DNA of 64,000 nucleotides from an uncultured Patescibacteria group bacterium (GTDB lineage Bacteria; Patescibacteriota; Microgenomatia; UBA1400; PJMF01): NCBI GenBank assembly GCA_905478415.1, contig CAJQIG010000005.1:1598-65597 (forward strand). Direction: 5' to 3'. The notes under the pieces are model-generated. The model made no database searches and had not been told where the DNA came from. It saw nothing but the letters and a program-made list of their open reading frames with translations. Numbering within the stretch: position 1 is the first letter of the stretch; every line of letters begins with the position of its first letter. Of the stretch, positions 28,873-38,381 are shown piece after piece. The translations under genes and the position numbers were made by a program.

Positions 28873-29382
28873 ATGTCAAAACAAGAAAAAAAATTAGTTT
28901 CGCGCGTTGCTCTTTTTGCACCAGATACTAAAGCTATTCAGCCCCACCTCCCTCCTGTTCAAGAAGTAATTTGTACTATTAGACCTAGCTGGTCGAAAGT
29001 TGGTGCATACGAAATGGCACTTCCTGGTGGCAAGATCGATTCAGTTGATTACGATAATCTTAAACAAACAGAAATGCTTACCGATGTTGAAGCTGGAGCC
29101 AATGCAGCTGCCCGAGAACTTTGGGAAGAGTTGGGAATTGAGCTGGCACCTACTGTTTTACGCTACATTTTAGAGTCTACTAATGATTCCGGTTGGACAA
29201 CCCTTTTATATGCCGCTTTTCTTCAAGAAAAGCCTGCCCTACAAGTGCTTCCAGAAAGTGCTGGTACTGTTTGGTTAGATGCTACTGCTGTGGCTGAAGG
29301 AAACATTCCTTTGTTTGCAGAACATGCTTATCTAGTCATTCAGGCTCTTGAGAGTTTTGGTAGTAGATTGAACAAAACATAA
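28873..29382 (+). CDS. NUDIX hydrolase
   Basis: LPGGKID...AAARELWEELG Nudix box with an insert. Confidence 0.85.
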   Translation: MSKQEKKLVSRVALFAPDTKAIQPHLPPVQEVICTIRPSWSKVGAYEMALPGGKIDSVDYDNLKQTEMLTDVEAGANAAARELWEELGIELAPTVLRYILESTNDSGWTTLLYAAFLQEKPALQVLPESAGTVWLDATAVAEGNIPLFAEHAYLVIQALESFGSRLNKT

Positions 29383-29424
29383 AAAAAAGCGGACCATTAT
29401 GATCCGCTTATGTAAATGAAATTC

Positions 29425-29817
29425 TCAGAGTTTGGGTACATTCAGTAGATCACCGAGTGCTTCTTGTAATGCACTTGCCAACTCAACCCTTCTCTCTTCT
29501 CTTTGAGCAAGAAATGAAATGTTGGCTAGCTTCAGTGCTAACACATTTCGATCTTCGCCCGCTTCTTTTATGGCAGAAGCTACATAAGCTGCCATAGTTG
29601 TTTTTTGAACGAGCGCTACTGCTTCTTCATCAGATACTCCATGGGCCAGAATGATACTGTGTTTATGGTTTTCTGACCAAGCAGGGAAGTTGTCAGCTGA
29701 AGCCAGTGATGTCCAGGTTCTGATCCCTGCATGATTACTACCTTTTTGACCGGTTCCTTCCAAAATAACATTGTAAGGCACGTACCTACTCCTTTGTGAA
29801 ACGAAAGCATTTTTCAT
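29425..29817 (-). CDS. Hypothetical protein
   Basis: 130-aa ORF with its own -10 element and a downstream hairpin. Confidence 0.65.
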   Translation of the reverse strand: MKNAFVSQRSRYVPYNVILEGTGQKGSNHAGIRTWTSLASADNFPAWSENHKHSIILAHGVSDEEAVALVQKTTMAAYVASAIKEAGEDRNVLALKLANISFLAQREERRVELASALQEALGDLLNVPKL

Positions 29818-30023
29818 CCCACTTTTTAGTTAAAGAACTTCGACATGATTATAACATATAAATACAGGTCTTCTTTTTCTTGTGTGACACCCTTCTCTTT
29901 TTTATGTTGGTTTGGTATGCATCCTGAGTCATGAAGGCATTTGAAAACTTTGAATTTTTTTGATAAATCAAAAACCCAGGATTTTATTCCTGGGTTTTTT
30001 TAAACACTCTATAAAGTGTGCCT

Positions 30024-31463
30024 TTAATTAACAATGATTGTAATCGTATCAGTACCTGTAAGACCATCGTTGTCTGTTACGGTTAACGTTACCGTGTAAG
30101 TCCCTGGATTTCTATACGTATGCAGAACACGATGATTTACACTTGTTGTTCCATCTCCAAAATCCCAAAGGTATGAGGATATTGTCCCATCTGAGTCATA
30201 AGATTGATCTCCATAGAAACGGTTTCTAACAGGTGCAGTGCCTTCATATGTTTCTGCTGTAGCAATTGCAACGGGTGCAGTGCCTTCAATTGGATCAGTT
30301 GCAGTAATACTCATTGTCGTACTACTAGTTGCACCTTCATTATCGGTAACAGTTAAAGTTACTAGATATGTTCCAGCCACTGTGTAAGTATGATTTGCAA
30401 TCACACCTGAGGCTGTAGTTTCATCTCCAAAATTCCAATCATAGGAGACTATGCTTCCATCTGAATCCGAAGAGCTTGAAGCATCAAAGTTGACCACCAG
30501 ATCAATTTCACCTGCGGAAACATTTGAGGTCATACTTGCTGTAGGTGCATAATTAAAGTTAGGATCCAAAGCAGTAATAGTAACGCTTTCTGTAGTACTA
30601 GCGCCTTCGTTATCTGTTGCTGTTACCACAGCTGTGTACTCACCAAAATCGTTATACACATGATTTAACTGTACTGCAGTTGATTGGGTGGCAACTTGGC
30701 CATCACCAAAATCCCAATCGTAAGAAACGATACTGCCATTTGGATCGTAAGATCCAGTTAGATCAAAGTTAACATCAAGTGGTGCATCTCCTGTTGTAGG
30801 ATTCGTCGATAACATAACTACTGGAGAGGCATTGCCGTTTCCCTCTGTTGCAAAGTAAACTCCATTAAATTTTACTGAATCACCTAGACTGGAAAAGTTA
30901 ACAACAAACTCTAATTTGTAAAATGGGTAAGATTGAGCAACCTGAGTAGTCTCAATTGCGTTTGTCCAACTCATATTAGGAATATCATAATCTTGATGTT
31001 GGAAAGCTTTCCAAACAAAAGTCCATTCTCCATCTATTGAATCTGAACCATACACATTAACATCGAATACATTAGGATTAGCTTGAATCCACCACATTGA
31101 GTAATGTAGCGTTGTATCATTTGGGTTAGCTTCTACGATTGTAGAAGTAACAGCATACTCAAAAGGAACTAAAAGACCGCCGAAGCTTGATGTAGATGCT
31201 TTGCGAGTATGCCCTTTGAATAAATCAGGGGTTGGTTGATTTTCTTTAGTACTAAAAGTCCAATTAGCATCATCTTCCCAATGAACAGAACTTTGAACTT
31301 CTGGGTTGTTAGGGTCTCTAAACCAAGGATTTAACACAAGATTATCCTCAGGTAAGGGACCAACTGTATTAACTGTTGCCAATGCAGGAGCAGCAAACCG
31401 GAGAAAAGCAACCGAAAAAACGGTCAAGATAAAAGAAAAAAACAATGACTTTTTCATATTCAT
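30024..31463 (-). CDS. Secreted protein with three PKD domains
   Basis: Signal peptide and three S.D.DG.IVSY.W.FGDG...H.Y...G.Y.V.LTVTDN.G repeats. Confidence 0.92.
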   Translation of the reverse strand: MNMKKSLFFSFILTVFSVAFLRFAAPALATVNTVGPLPEDNLVLNPWFRDPNNPEVQSSVHWEDDANWTFSTKENQPTPDLFKGHTRKASTSSFGGLLVPFEYAVTSTIVEANPNDTTLHYSMWWIQANPNVFDVNVYGSDSIDGEWTFVWKAFQHQDYDIPNMSWTNAIETTQVAQSYPFYKLEFVVNFSSLGDSVKFNGVYFATEGNGNASPVVMLSTNPTTGDAPLDVNFDLTGSYDPNGSIVSYDWDFGDGQVATQSTAVQLNHVYNDFGEYTAVVTATDNEGASTTESVTITALDPNFNYAPTASMTSNVSAGEIDLVVNFDASSSSDSDGSIVSYDWNFGDETTASGVIANHTYTVAGTYLVTLTVTDNEGATSSTTMSITATDPIEGTAPVAIATAETYEGTAPVRNRFYGDQSYDSDGTISSYLWDFGDGTTSVNHRVLHTYRNPGTYTVTLTVTDNDGLTGTDTITIIVN

Positions 31464-31613
31464 AAACTATAACTTTATATTCTAATAACTATTGTAATGT
31501 ATCATTATCGACAATAATTAGTAAGTCTGAGTTTTGTGTAGCTTCATTAGGGGTGAAAGTTTCAATCCCAGCTTTTGACATATTGGAGAAATTTTTAGTA
31601 TATACTATGTAGT

Positions 31614-32804
31614 GTGAAACCCTCGAAAAAACAGCTCCAGCGCAACATTTTTTTAGTATATATCCTGACAGCTCTCGATTATGCCTGGTTTTGGATTGCT
31701 ATTTGGGTACTTTTTTACTTGCGATTTACCGATTATGCGGGGATTGGTTTACTTGAAGCTATTATGATTACTACTTCGGTATTTGCAGAGGTTCCTACAG
31801 GTGCAATTGCAGATTTATTAGGTAAGAAGAAGACGATGTTAGTCGCTTTTGCTGTTGGAAGTGTGGGAAATATACTCATGGGTTTAGCTGGAGATTTCAC
31901 ATTGCTCGCCTTAGGAGTCTTAGTAGCAACACTTGGTGGTGCACTGACTTCTGGGACTGTTGAAGCACTTGTGTATGATAGTTTGCTTTCAATCAAAAAG
32001 GAAAAAACATATGAAAAAGTTTTGGGAAATATGTCTTCCATTCGCATGGCTACATTAGGGTTTGTGGCTTTGATTGGTGGCTTTTTATACAGCTTGAACC
32101 CAGGACTTCCTTTTATCGGAGTTGGTTTGGCAAAATTAGTTGCTATAGGAGTTGGGTTATTATTAGTCGAACCTCCTATTGATTCTGAAACATTTTCTTG
32201 GAGTGTCTATAAAAACCAAACGGTGCAGGGTTTTAAACAATTCTTTGCTGTTGGATATCGAAAGCAGCATATAGCAGTGCTCCTTTTAACTGCCTTAGTG
32301 GTGATGAATGGTCATGTTTTTATTGATGCACAGTTGGTTGACTTAGGTTGGAACGAGAAACAGCTTGGTGTGATTGCCACAGTCATGTATGGCATCTCGG
32401 CTTTAGTTGGACAGTTGGCTCCTTGGATTTCTAAGAAATTTGGAACAGTTACGGCACATCTTTTTTCGGCTTTGTATATTGCCGGTACCATGTTGGTTGT
32501 ACCATTACTTGGACCAGTAGTTGCAACAGTGTTTATTATTTCTCGCAACAATACGATTGAAATTTTTGGTAATACAGCTTCAATGATTGTGAATGCGCAT
32601 ACTGAGTCGAAGTACAGGGCTACCACACTTTCTACATATAGTATGCTTTCGAACATTCCCTATATTTTTGCTGCGTATGGGCTTGGTAGTTTGATGGATC
32701 GATGGTCATCTCACACAGTGGTAGCTACGTTAGGTGCTTTGCTGGCAGCTGTTGTGGTTGCTGCCTTGTTTGTAGTGCCCCGTCAGTCAAAAAGCAGTAT
32801 CTGA
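31614..32804 (+). CDS. MFS transporter
   Basis: About 12 TM segments, EVPTGAIADLLGKK, SGTVEALVYDSL, YRATTLS. Confidence 0.9.
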   Translation: MKPSKKQLQRNIFLVYILTALDYAWFWIAIWVLFYLRFTDYAGIGLLEAIMITTSVFAEVPTGAIADLLGKKKTMLVAFAVGSVGNILMGLAGDFTLLALGVLVATLGGALTSGTVEALVYDSLLSIKKEKTYEKVLGNMSSIRMATLGFVALIGGFLYSLNPGLPFIGVGLAKLVAIGVGLLLVEPPIDSETFSWSVYKNQTVQGFKQFFAVGYRKQHIAVLLLTALVVMNGHVFIDAQLVDLGWNEKQLGVIATVMYGISALVGQLAPWISKKFGTVTAHLFSALYIAGTMLVVPLLGPVVATVFIISRNNTIEIFGNTASMIVNAHTESKYRATTLSTYSMLSNIPYIFAAYGLGSLMDRWSSHTVVATLGALLAAVVVAALFVVPRQSKSSI

Positions 32805-32819
32805 TATACTATATCTAAG

Positions 32820-33089
32820 ATGCCAAGAAATCCCGAATATCAACATTTTTTAGATGTTGTTGCTGGTCGTCAGACCGATGGTGGTACTCCAACAGAAGAA
32901 ACAACTGCATCAGATCAAGAAATTGGTTGGTGGAAACAGCACCAGTTTCGGCGAGCTATGCGACATGCTCGGGCTGGGAATGCTACAGATCTTGAGTTGC
33001 GATATTTAGCTAATCATGGGTACATTTACCCAGCTACTCCGAAAGAATATATTCAGAAGCCTACAAAAGAAAAAAAAGTTAGTCAATAG
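32820..33089 (+). CDS. Hypothetical protein
   Basis: 89-aa ORF with TATACT just upstream. Confidence 0.55.
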   Translation: MPRNPEYQHFLDVVAGRQTDGGTPTEETTASDQEIGWWKQHQFRRAMRHARAGNATDLELRYLANHGYIYPATPKEYIQKPTKEKKVSQ

Positions 33090-33696
33090 TAGTGCAGACC
33101 TCGTCAGCCCACATTCCTCGCTTTTTTTCGATAGCAGTTTGTTGTAGTTTTTCAAACATTTCTTGGTATTTTATATCCGGTTTGTACTCTGAAGAGATCG
33201 CATAACCTTCTGTCAATAGCAGTTCATTTATAGAAACTAAATTTTCTGAAAGAGGTTCAGCCCCTTCAGGAAGAATATATACATATCTGAGCAAGCGACC
33301 GTAACGATCAGTGTCAGAAACATCTTTTTCAAGCCAAACGTGTTGCCCATCAACTAACTGGATATTAAAGGCAGAAGCTTCTTTCCCAAAACAGCCTTGA
33401 GGTCGATTGGGATCGACGGTTTCTGGAGTGTCGATGCCGATGTAGCGCACTTTTCTATCATCGATGAGAACAATAGTGTCGCCGTCGATGACGCGTGCTA
33501 CGGTGGCAGATTCGAGTTTTGCAAATTGTTTGGTGTTGTGTACTACTGCAGTTGATGGTTCTGGGAGTATTTTGTCAGTAGTGGGTGTGTCAAAACGAGT
33601 CAAACTAAAGGAGATGGCAAACAGCACTACTAAGATCACTAGCTTTTGTGAAAAGGAGGCTTTGTTGTAGAGTTTTCTGAATTCTTTTTTGATCAT
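33079..33696 (-). CDS. Thermonuclease (SNase) family protein, membrane anchored
   Basis: Motifs VIDGDTI, VRYIGIDTPE and DRYGRLLRYV. Confidence 0.93.
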   Translation of the reverse strand: MIKKEFRKLYNKASFSQKLVILVVLFAISFSLTRFDTPTTDKILPEPSTAVVHNTKQFAKLESATVARVIDGDTIVLIDDRKVRYIGIDTPETVDPNRPQGCFGKEASAFNIQLVDGQHVWLEKDVSDTDRYGRLLRYVYILPEGAEPLSENLVSINELLLTEGYAISSEYKPDIKYQEMFEKLQQTAIEKKRGMWADEVCTTID

Positions 33697-34196
33697 ATCT
33701 TGCGACTATCGTATGCCCAGTGTAACAGAGCTTGACGCTGTTTTTTTCGGCAGCTCAAATCACCTTTAATACAATTCTTTTTAAGTTGGCCAATGTGACG
33801 GCGCATGGCTTTCCACCGTTTAATTTGGCGTTCATCATCAACATCTCTACGGCCCATGTAGTATCTACAATACCACTGGAACCAGCCGCGCGGATCATCG
33901 GGATGAATCCAGCCTTTGGTTTGCCAGACCGAGAGTGGTTGACTGGCCTCGACTCCAAAAAAATTTACATTTGCATCAGGTTTTTGAGGAGAAAGTTTAG
34001 CATTAGCAAACCACTCTTTGGGAAATTCTCTTCGACAATCAGTCATGTATTTTCCGCTAAAGACACCAAGCTTGAGCATTTGTTGTGGTGTCAGCTCTGG
34101 CTTGAATTCGGGGTTAAAATGTTTGCCAATTGGTTCAGACAAAATATATTTGTAGTTTTTTTGAAATGAATCATTAACAACAACTATGGCAGACAT
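33693..34196 (-). CDS. Hypothetical Trp/Arg-rich protein, probably of a conserved family
   Basis: Motif-like stretches ML.LGVF.GKY, DPRGWFQWYCRYY.GRR..DD.RQI.RW and RQALLHWAY; operonic overlaps on both sides. Confidence 0.85.
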   Translation of the reverse strand: MSAIVVVNDSFQKNYKYILSEPIGKHFNPEFKPELTPQQMLKLGVFSGKYMTDCRREFPKEWFANAKLSPQKPDANVNFFGVEASQPLSVWQTKGWIHPDDPRGWFQWYCRYYMGRRDVDDERQIKRWKAMRRHIGQLKKNCIKGDLSCRKKQRQALLHWAYDSRKI

Positions 34197-34966
34197 TAGG
34201 CACTTTTGGGAGGTAGTGGAATAAAGACACTGGTTCTTTTTTTGTAGGCCTCAAAATCGGGGCGGCCAGCATACTTTTTTTCAAGTAGCGGGATTCCTGA
34301 AACAAATAGAATCAAGATGGTAATAGTTACTGGTCCAACGAGGGTAAAGAGCGCATTCGGAAAAGAAAGTACTACAATAAAAATTCCCCACCAAAGGGTA
34401 ACTTCACCGAAGTAATTTGGATGGCGAGTATATTTCCACAAGCCAGATTCCATGAGTTTGCCTTTGTTTTTTTTATCAGCGATATGTTGTTTTAGTTGTC
34501 GATCCCCTACTACTTCGAAATAGAAACCAAAACTCCAAACAAGTAGCCCCAGAATATCAAAAACATAGACAGCGTTTGCTTTTTGTGTGTGAATAAAAAT
34601 AATTGGTATCGATATGAGGAACAGCAGAAAACCTTGTAACATAAAGACTTGGAAATACGATCTAATGGTAAACCACTTACCCCAGTCTTTTCTCCAGGCA
34701 AGGTAGCGAGAGTCTTCTGGCTTATTTTTATTTCGTGCATAGATATGGGAAGCTAGTCTTACTCCCCATATGGTGACAAGTAAGGTAATTACTAATGGTC
34801 TTAGTTGATAACTACCAATAAGTAAGAAGGCAGCCCAAGCTACAAGCACAAATCCAAGACCCCAAGCAATATCGGCAACGTCATTTCTTTTTTTGATGAC
34901 AGATATAAAGTACCAAGCATTCATGTAGAGAAAAATAATGCCAAGGAGTGTTAGATAGATGTTCAT
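34196..34966 (-). CDS. DUF1295 / steroid 5-alpha-reductase-like membrane protein
   Basis: Motifs DIAWG, EDSRY, GDRQL and [14 protein letters not shown]. Confidence 0.9.
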   Translation of the reverse strand: MNIYLTLLGIIFLYMNAWYFISVIKKRNDVADIAWGLGFVLVAWAAFLLIGSYQLRPLVITLLVTIWGVRLASHIYARNKNKPEDSRYLAWRKDWGKWFTIRSYFQVFMLQGFLLFLISIPIIFIHTQKANAVYVFDILGLLVWSFGFYFEVVGDRQLKQHIADKKNKGKLMESGLWKYTRHPNYFGEVTLWWGIFIVVLSFPNALFTLVGPVTITILILFVSGIPLLEKKYAGRPDFEAYKKRTSVFIPLPPKSA

Positions 34967-35355
34967 AATCCCAACTTTGTGGCTGCTACGTAGGTAAGTG
35001 TCGAGACTAAAGTTGCGAGGACTGTTCCCCAAATAAGATCAACAATAGTTACCAATAGTGGCCAGTCTTTGACAGTAGCTAGGTTAGTCAGATCATAGGT
35101 GGCATAGGTGACCAGACCGAACAGTGCCCCCATGAGTGCTGCTGACATTAGTGATTCTTTTTGAAGGGCTGGAGAAATCACAAAGATAAGTAGCCCTGCA
35201 ACAAAGATAAGGTAAAAAATAATGGCGGCAACCCAGTTAACATTGACTTTCATCAGGAAACCAAGTTGTTTACCATAAAAGTTTCTTGCAACCAGCCCCA
35301 GCCAGACCATATCTATTGCTAAAAAGATTGAGAAAGCGATGCCGTAGAGTTTCAT
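34963..35355 (-). CDS. DUF2177 family membrane protein
   Basis: IDMVWLG and [11 protein letters not shown]...W...VDLIWG. Confidence 0.85.
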   Translation of the reverse strand: MKLYGIAFSIFLAIDMVWLGLVARNFYGKQLGFLMKVNVNWVAAIIFYLIFVAGLLIFVISPALQKESLMSAALMGALFGLVTYATYDLTNLATVKDWPLLVTIVDLIWGTVLATLVSTLTYVAATKLGL

Positions 35356-35510
35356 ATGAGTTTAGTGTACCAAATAAGTATGTGGGCTGAAAAGTCACAG
35401 CTCTAGGTTTGAAGTGATGAGTTGCCATGAAGGGAAGCTCAGAAATTTCCAGTAGGGTGCTTTTGAAAAGATTGATCAACTCAATAAGGTAGCTTATACT
35501 ATAACGTATC

Positions 35511-35885
35511 ATGATACATGAAACAGAAAAATCCTTTGATCAACAACTTGCTGAAGAAGCAGTAAGAATGAATAATTTCATTGCTTATCTTCCCGGGGGC
35601 TTGTATCGAAGACTTGCAGCAGATCAAGTGCAACCAGGCCAGACTTATGGAGAGTATTTGCCAGAAAGTGAACATAAATGGCGGAGTGAGATTTTTCTTA
35701 GTCAAACTCCCAACCAGTTTTTTGCTCTTGTTGATGAATTGATTACTCAGTTTGGAATTCAAACCGAGGAGATTGACTTATCAGGGGCTGATTGGAAAAA
35801 GAAGCTTCAAATTAAGAAACTTGTAGCTCCTGTTTTTATTGCCCTCCGTAAAATGGGATATACCGATTACGAATTAAATGTCTAG
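35511..35885 (+). CDS. Hypothetical protein
   Basis: 124-aa ORF with an upstream TATACT. Confidence 0.6.
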   Translation: MIHETEKSFDQQLAEEAVRMNNFIAYLPGGLYRRLAADQVQPGQTYGEYLPESEHKWRSEIFLSQTPNQFFALVDELITQFGIQTEEIDLSGADWKKKLQIKKLVAPVFIALRKMGYTDYELNV

Positions 35886-35912
35886 AGTAGTTTTAGAAAT
35901 GTAAGGTTACGT

Positions 35913-36407
35913 ATGAATTGTATTATCACTGTTGGTTTTCCCGAATCAAGATGGGAAGAGTACAAGACAATTCGAATGCAAGCGCTTAAAGAGGTGCCCC
36001 AAGCTTTCCTAGATGATATTGATCGTGCAGAAAAAGAACCTACATCATTTTGGATTGAGAGAGCTAAAAATGTTACCTTTGCTGAGGTTAATGGCAAGGT
36101 TGTAGGAATTGTGGGATTTTATCAAGAGGAAAAAACAAAGCAGCGTCACATTGCAAACCTTGTAGGTGTCTATGTGTTACCTGAACATCGAGGTAAAAAA
36201 ATTGGGTATGAGTTAGTAGTCCGAGTTCTAGATGAAATTAAGAAAAATCCAGAGATTACAGTCATTCAGTTGGGAGTCGTTGCTACCCAACAAAAAGCTC
36301 TGCAACTTTATACTTCTTTGGGATTCGTTGAAGTTGGCAAACTTAAGTTTGCGGTCAAGGTAGGTGATACTTATTTTGATGAATACTTGATGCAGCTGTA
36401 CCTATAG
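35913..36407 (+). CDS. GNAT N-acetyltransferase
   Basis: VYVLPEHRGKKIG and ALQLYTSLGF. Confidence 0.9.
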   Translation: MNCIITVGFPESRWEEYKTIRMQALKEVPQAFLDDIDRAEKEPTSFWIERAKNVTFAEVNGKVVGIVGFYQEEKTKQRHIANLVGVYVLPEHRGKKIGYELVVRVLDEIKKNPEITVIQLGVVATQQKALQLYTSLGFVEVGKLKFAVKVGDTYFDEYLMQLYL

Positions 36408-36409
36408 CT

Positions 36410-36715
36410 TTATTTTTCTGGAATAGAATCCACCCAATTTTTAATGGCATTTTTGAGGGCCCGTGGTCCCGTCATTGTCGGAAATGATACGTACATACTC
36501 GATGGCGTATGTTTTATATAGAGGGTATGACGGTCAGATCTGATTTCAATGACATCACCATACTTTTGTTCTAGACTTATTTCATCTTTGTACCAATCTG
36601 CAGGGTTAGTTGCAGAAAATGATTGTGCGAGTAGGTCATGTTTTTCTAGTGCTGCTTGAACTTCTTCTGCTGTTGGGATGTCTGTGACTTCTGTAAAAGT
36701 TGGTCGTTCTGTCAT
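36410..36715 (-). CDS. Hypothetical protein
   Basis: 101-aa ORF filling a gap. Confidence 0.55.
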   Translation of the reverse strand: MTERPTFTEVTDIPTAEEVQAALEKHDLLAQSFSATNPADWYKDEISLEQKYGDVIEIRSDRHTLYIKHTPSSMYVSFPTMTGPRALKNAIKNWVDSIPEK

Positions 36716-36794
36716 TATGTGGTGATTATAGCATTAGCGGAGAGATACTAGAGCTGAATACAGTAATGATACATATATACTGTAGAATGGTAGT

Positions 36795-37454
36795 ATGCCA
36801 GAATTCACTCGAAACTTCAGAGATATATTAGAAACCAGAAAAATAGCAAGGGCACATAGAGATGAAGAAGATGATCAGTGGTTACTTGATGACGAAGGTG
36901 TAGAAAACTTTAACTATTTTTTTAAGAATGTGCTTTTTGGAAAAAAGCTTGAAGATATTGTGAGGACTTTGAGGGAGAGTAAAGGAAACGTGGCAGCTCT
37001 CAATGTATTCGGTGGAACAAAAGTTTTAGAAGATCTCGAGATCGATTCAGGATTTGCAATTAAATTAAAACAAAAACGTGCCCCAGAAAAAGGATCTAAA
37101 GTTATTGAGGGAGATGTGCTGAGTAAAGCTACTTGGAGAGAAATACCAGATAATTTAGACTTAGTTTTATCAATGGGACGAGGTGCCTTATATGATCTTC
37201 CCGATAACGCAAATATTTTTTATTTTTTAATTAACACCATTTGGAACAAGATGAATGCTAGTGGGAGTATTGCCTTATTTCAGGTGCCCAGGTGGATGAA
37301 ATCAGACTTTGAGAGTTGGGCAAAAAAGGTATCCGAAAGTGGAGTTCAAATAAATTATAGTTTGACCCATGCAGATGATTCAGATAAGGACACCTACTAC
37401 GCAGTTCTTTTGTTGAAAGATGAGGAATCTCCGGTACAGTTACCTTCAGTTTGA
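36795..37454 (+). CDS. Hypothetical protein, possibly degenerate SAM-methyltransferase fold
   Basis: ALNVFGG, IEGDV and LDLVLS resemble class I MTase motifs. Confidence 0.55.
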   Translation: MPEFTRNFRDILETRKIARAHRDEEDDQWLLDDEGVENFNYFFKNVLFGKKLEDIVRTLRESKGNVAALNVFGGTKVLEDLEIDSGFAIKLKQKRAPEKGSKVIEGDVLSKATWREIPDNLDLVLSMGRGALYDLPDNANIFYFLINTIWNKMNASGSIALFQVPRWMKSDFESWAKKVSESGVQINYSLTHADDSDKDTYYAVLLLKDEESPVQLPSV

Positions 37455-37477
37455 AGAATCAGTGAGTAAAATAATGG

Positions 37478-38002
37478 TTAGTGAACTATAAAACTATTAT
37501 TACTCAGAAGCTCTGTAACTATTACAGAAGTATTTATATTTGTTGTATCAAATACATGTTCGCTATTTAATGGATCATTATTAAGTTTATTTAATAAAAC
37601 TATAGAACGATTTAAGTACTGTACTTCTCCTCTTTTTTCTAATCGATTCTCAAGAGTTTTTTTATCTGCAATAAGCACAATATATTTGATTTTGATGTTT
37701 AAATCTTTAGTTTTTTCTACAAACCATCTCAGTTCCTCTTCAATAACAAAATCTATGACAACATCTATGACAACATCTAACTCTGCCTTAATATAACTTC
37801 TAGTAGTGTCTAAGATGCTATTCCAAGCTAAGCTAATTCGTTTTTCCCAAGAAAGTTTGCTCACTTTTTCAGTAGCATTAAGAAAAGTGTCGCCTTCAAT
37901 CAAAACTCCTTCATCTAGCTGACTTACTAATTTTCTTGTTACTGTAGTTTTACCAACCCCCAATGGGCCTGAAACGATATAAACTGTTCTTTGTTTGTTC
38001 AT
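37478..38002 (-). CDS. P-loop kinase (AAA_33-like)
   Basis: SGPLGVGKTT Walker A, IEGD, L..RL..RG; likely start MNKQR. Confidence 0.8.
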   Translation of the reverse strand: MNKQRTVYIVSGPLGVGKTTVTRKLVSQLDEGVLIEGDTFLNATEKVSKLSWEKRISLAWNSILDTTRSYIKAELDVVIDVVIDFVIEEELRWFVEKTKDLNIKIKYIVLIADKKTLENRLEKRGEVQYLNRSIVLLNKLNNDPLNSEHVFDTTNINTSVIVTELLSNNSFIVH

Positions 38003-38207
38003 GGTAACTATTTTTTGCAAACTAACCATACTTTCTATTGCTCTTGTAAAAACAAGTTGTTTTTTTTCTGGATAGTGTTCCACTGATATCATTGATGCAT
38101 CTTGAGCATAGTTACTGCCAGGAGGGTTGTGAGGTTCTATTAGAATAATTTACCTTTTATCCAGTTGGTTGGCCAAGACTGCTCGCTCGCGTTGCTCACT
38201 GTGTGAT

Positions 38208-38381
38208 GCTAGCCATTGAGGGTGGGGAAAGAATCGAACTTTCCTCTCAACCATTCCACTCACAGGGAAGCATTCTGCCGCTGAACTAAAGGTGATAATA
38301 CTTTGCTCACCTTCTGGGTATCGAACCCAGGTCTCTTCCGTGGTGGGTCAAGTGGGACTCGAACCCACGACACCCTGCTTA
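38208..38381 (-). repeat. Left 174-bp island direct repeat (att): tRNA-Lys 3' half plus permuted tRNA module
   Basis: Identical to 47710-47883 except at 2 nt (38352 and 38368). Confidence 0.95.
38262..38342 (-). ncRNA. Circularly permuted tRNA-Asp(GTC)-like element, copy 1
   Basis: Order is 3' half, 10-nt linker, 5' half; all four stems pair (see findings). Confidence 0.7.

Noticed and set aside
30024-30800. Repeated segments as a DGR template/variable pair
   Set aside because: They are ordinary diverged PKD domain repeats, and there is no reverse transcriptase in the window.
33732-34169. 145-aa plus-strand ORF and similar antisense ORFs across the window
   Set aside because: Shadow frames of well-supported genes, with no motifs or start signals.
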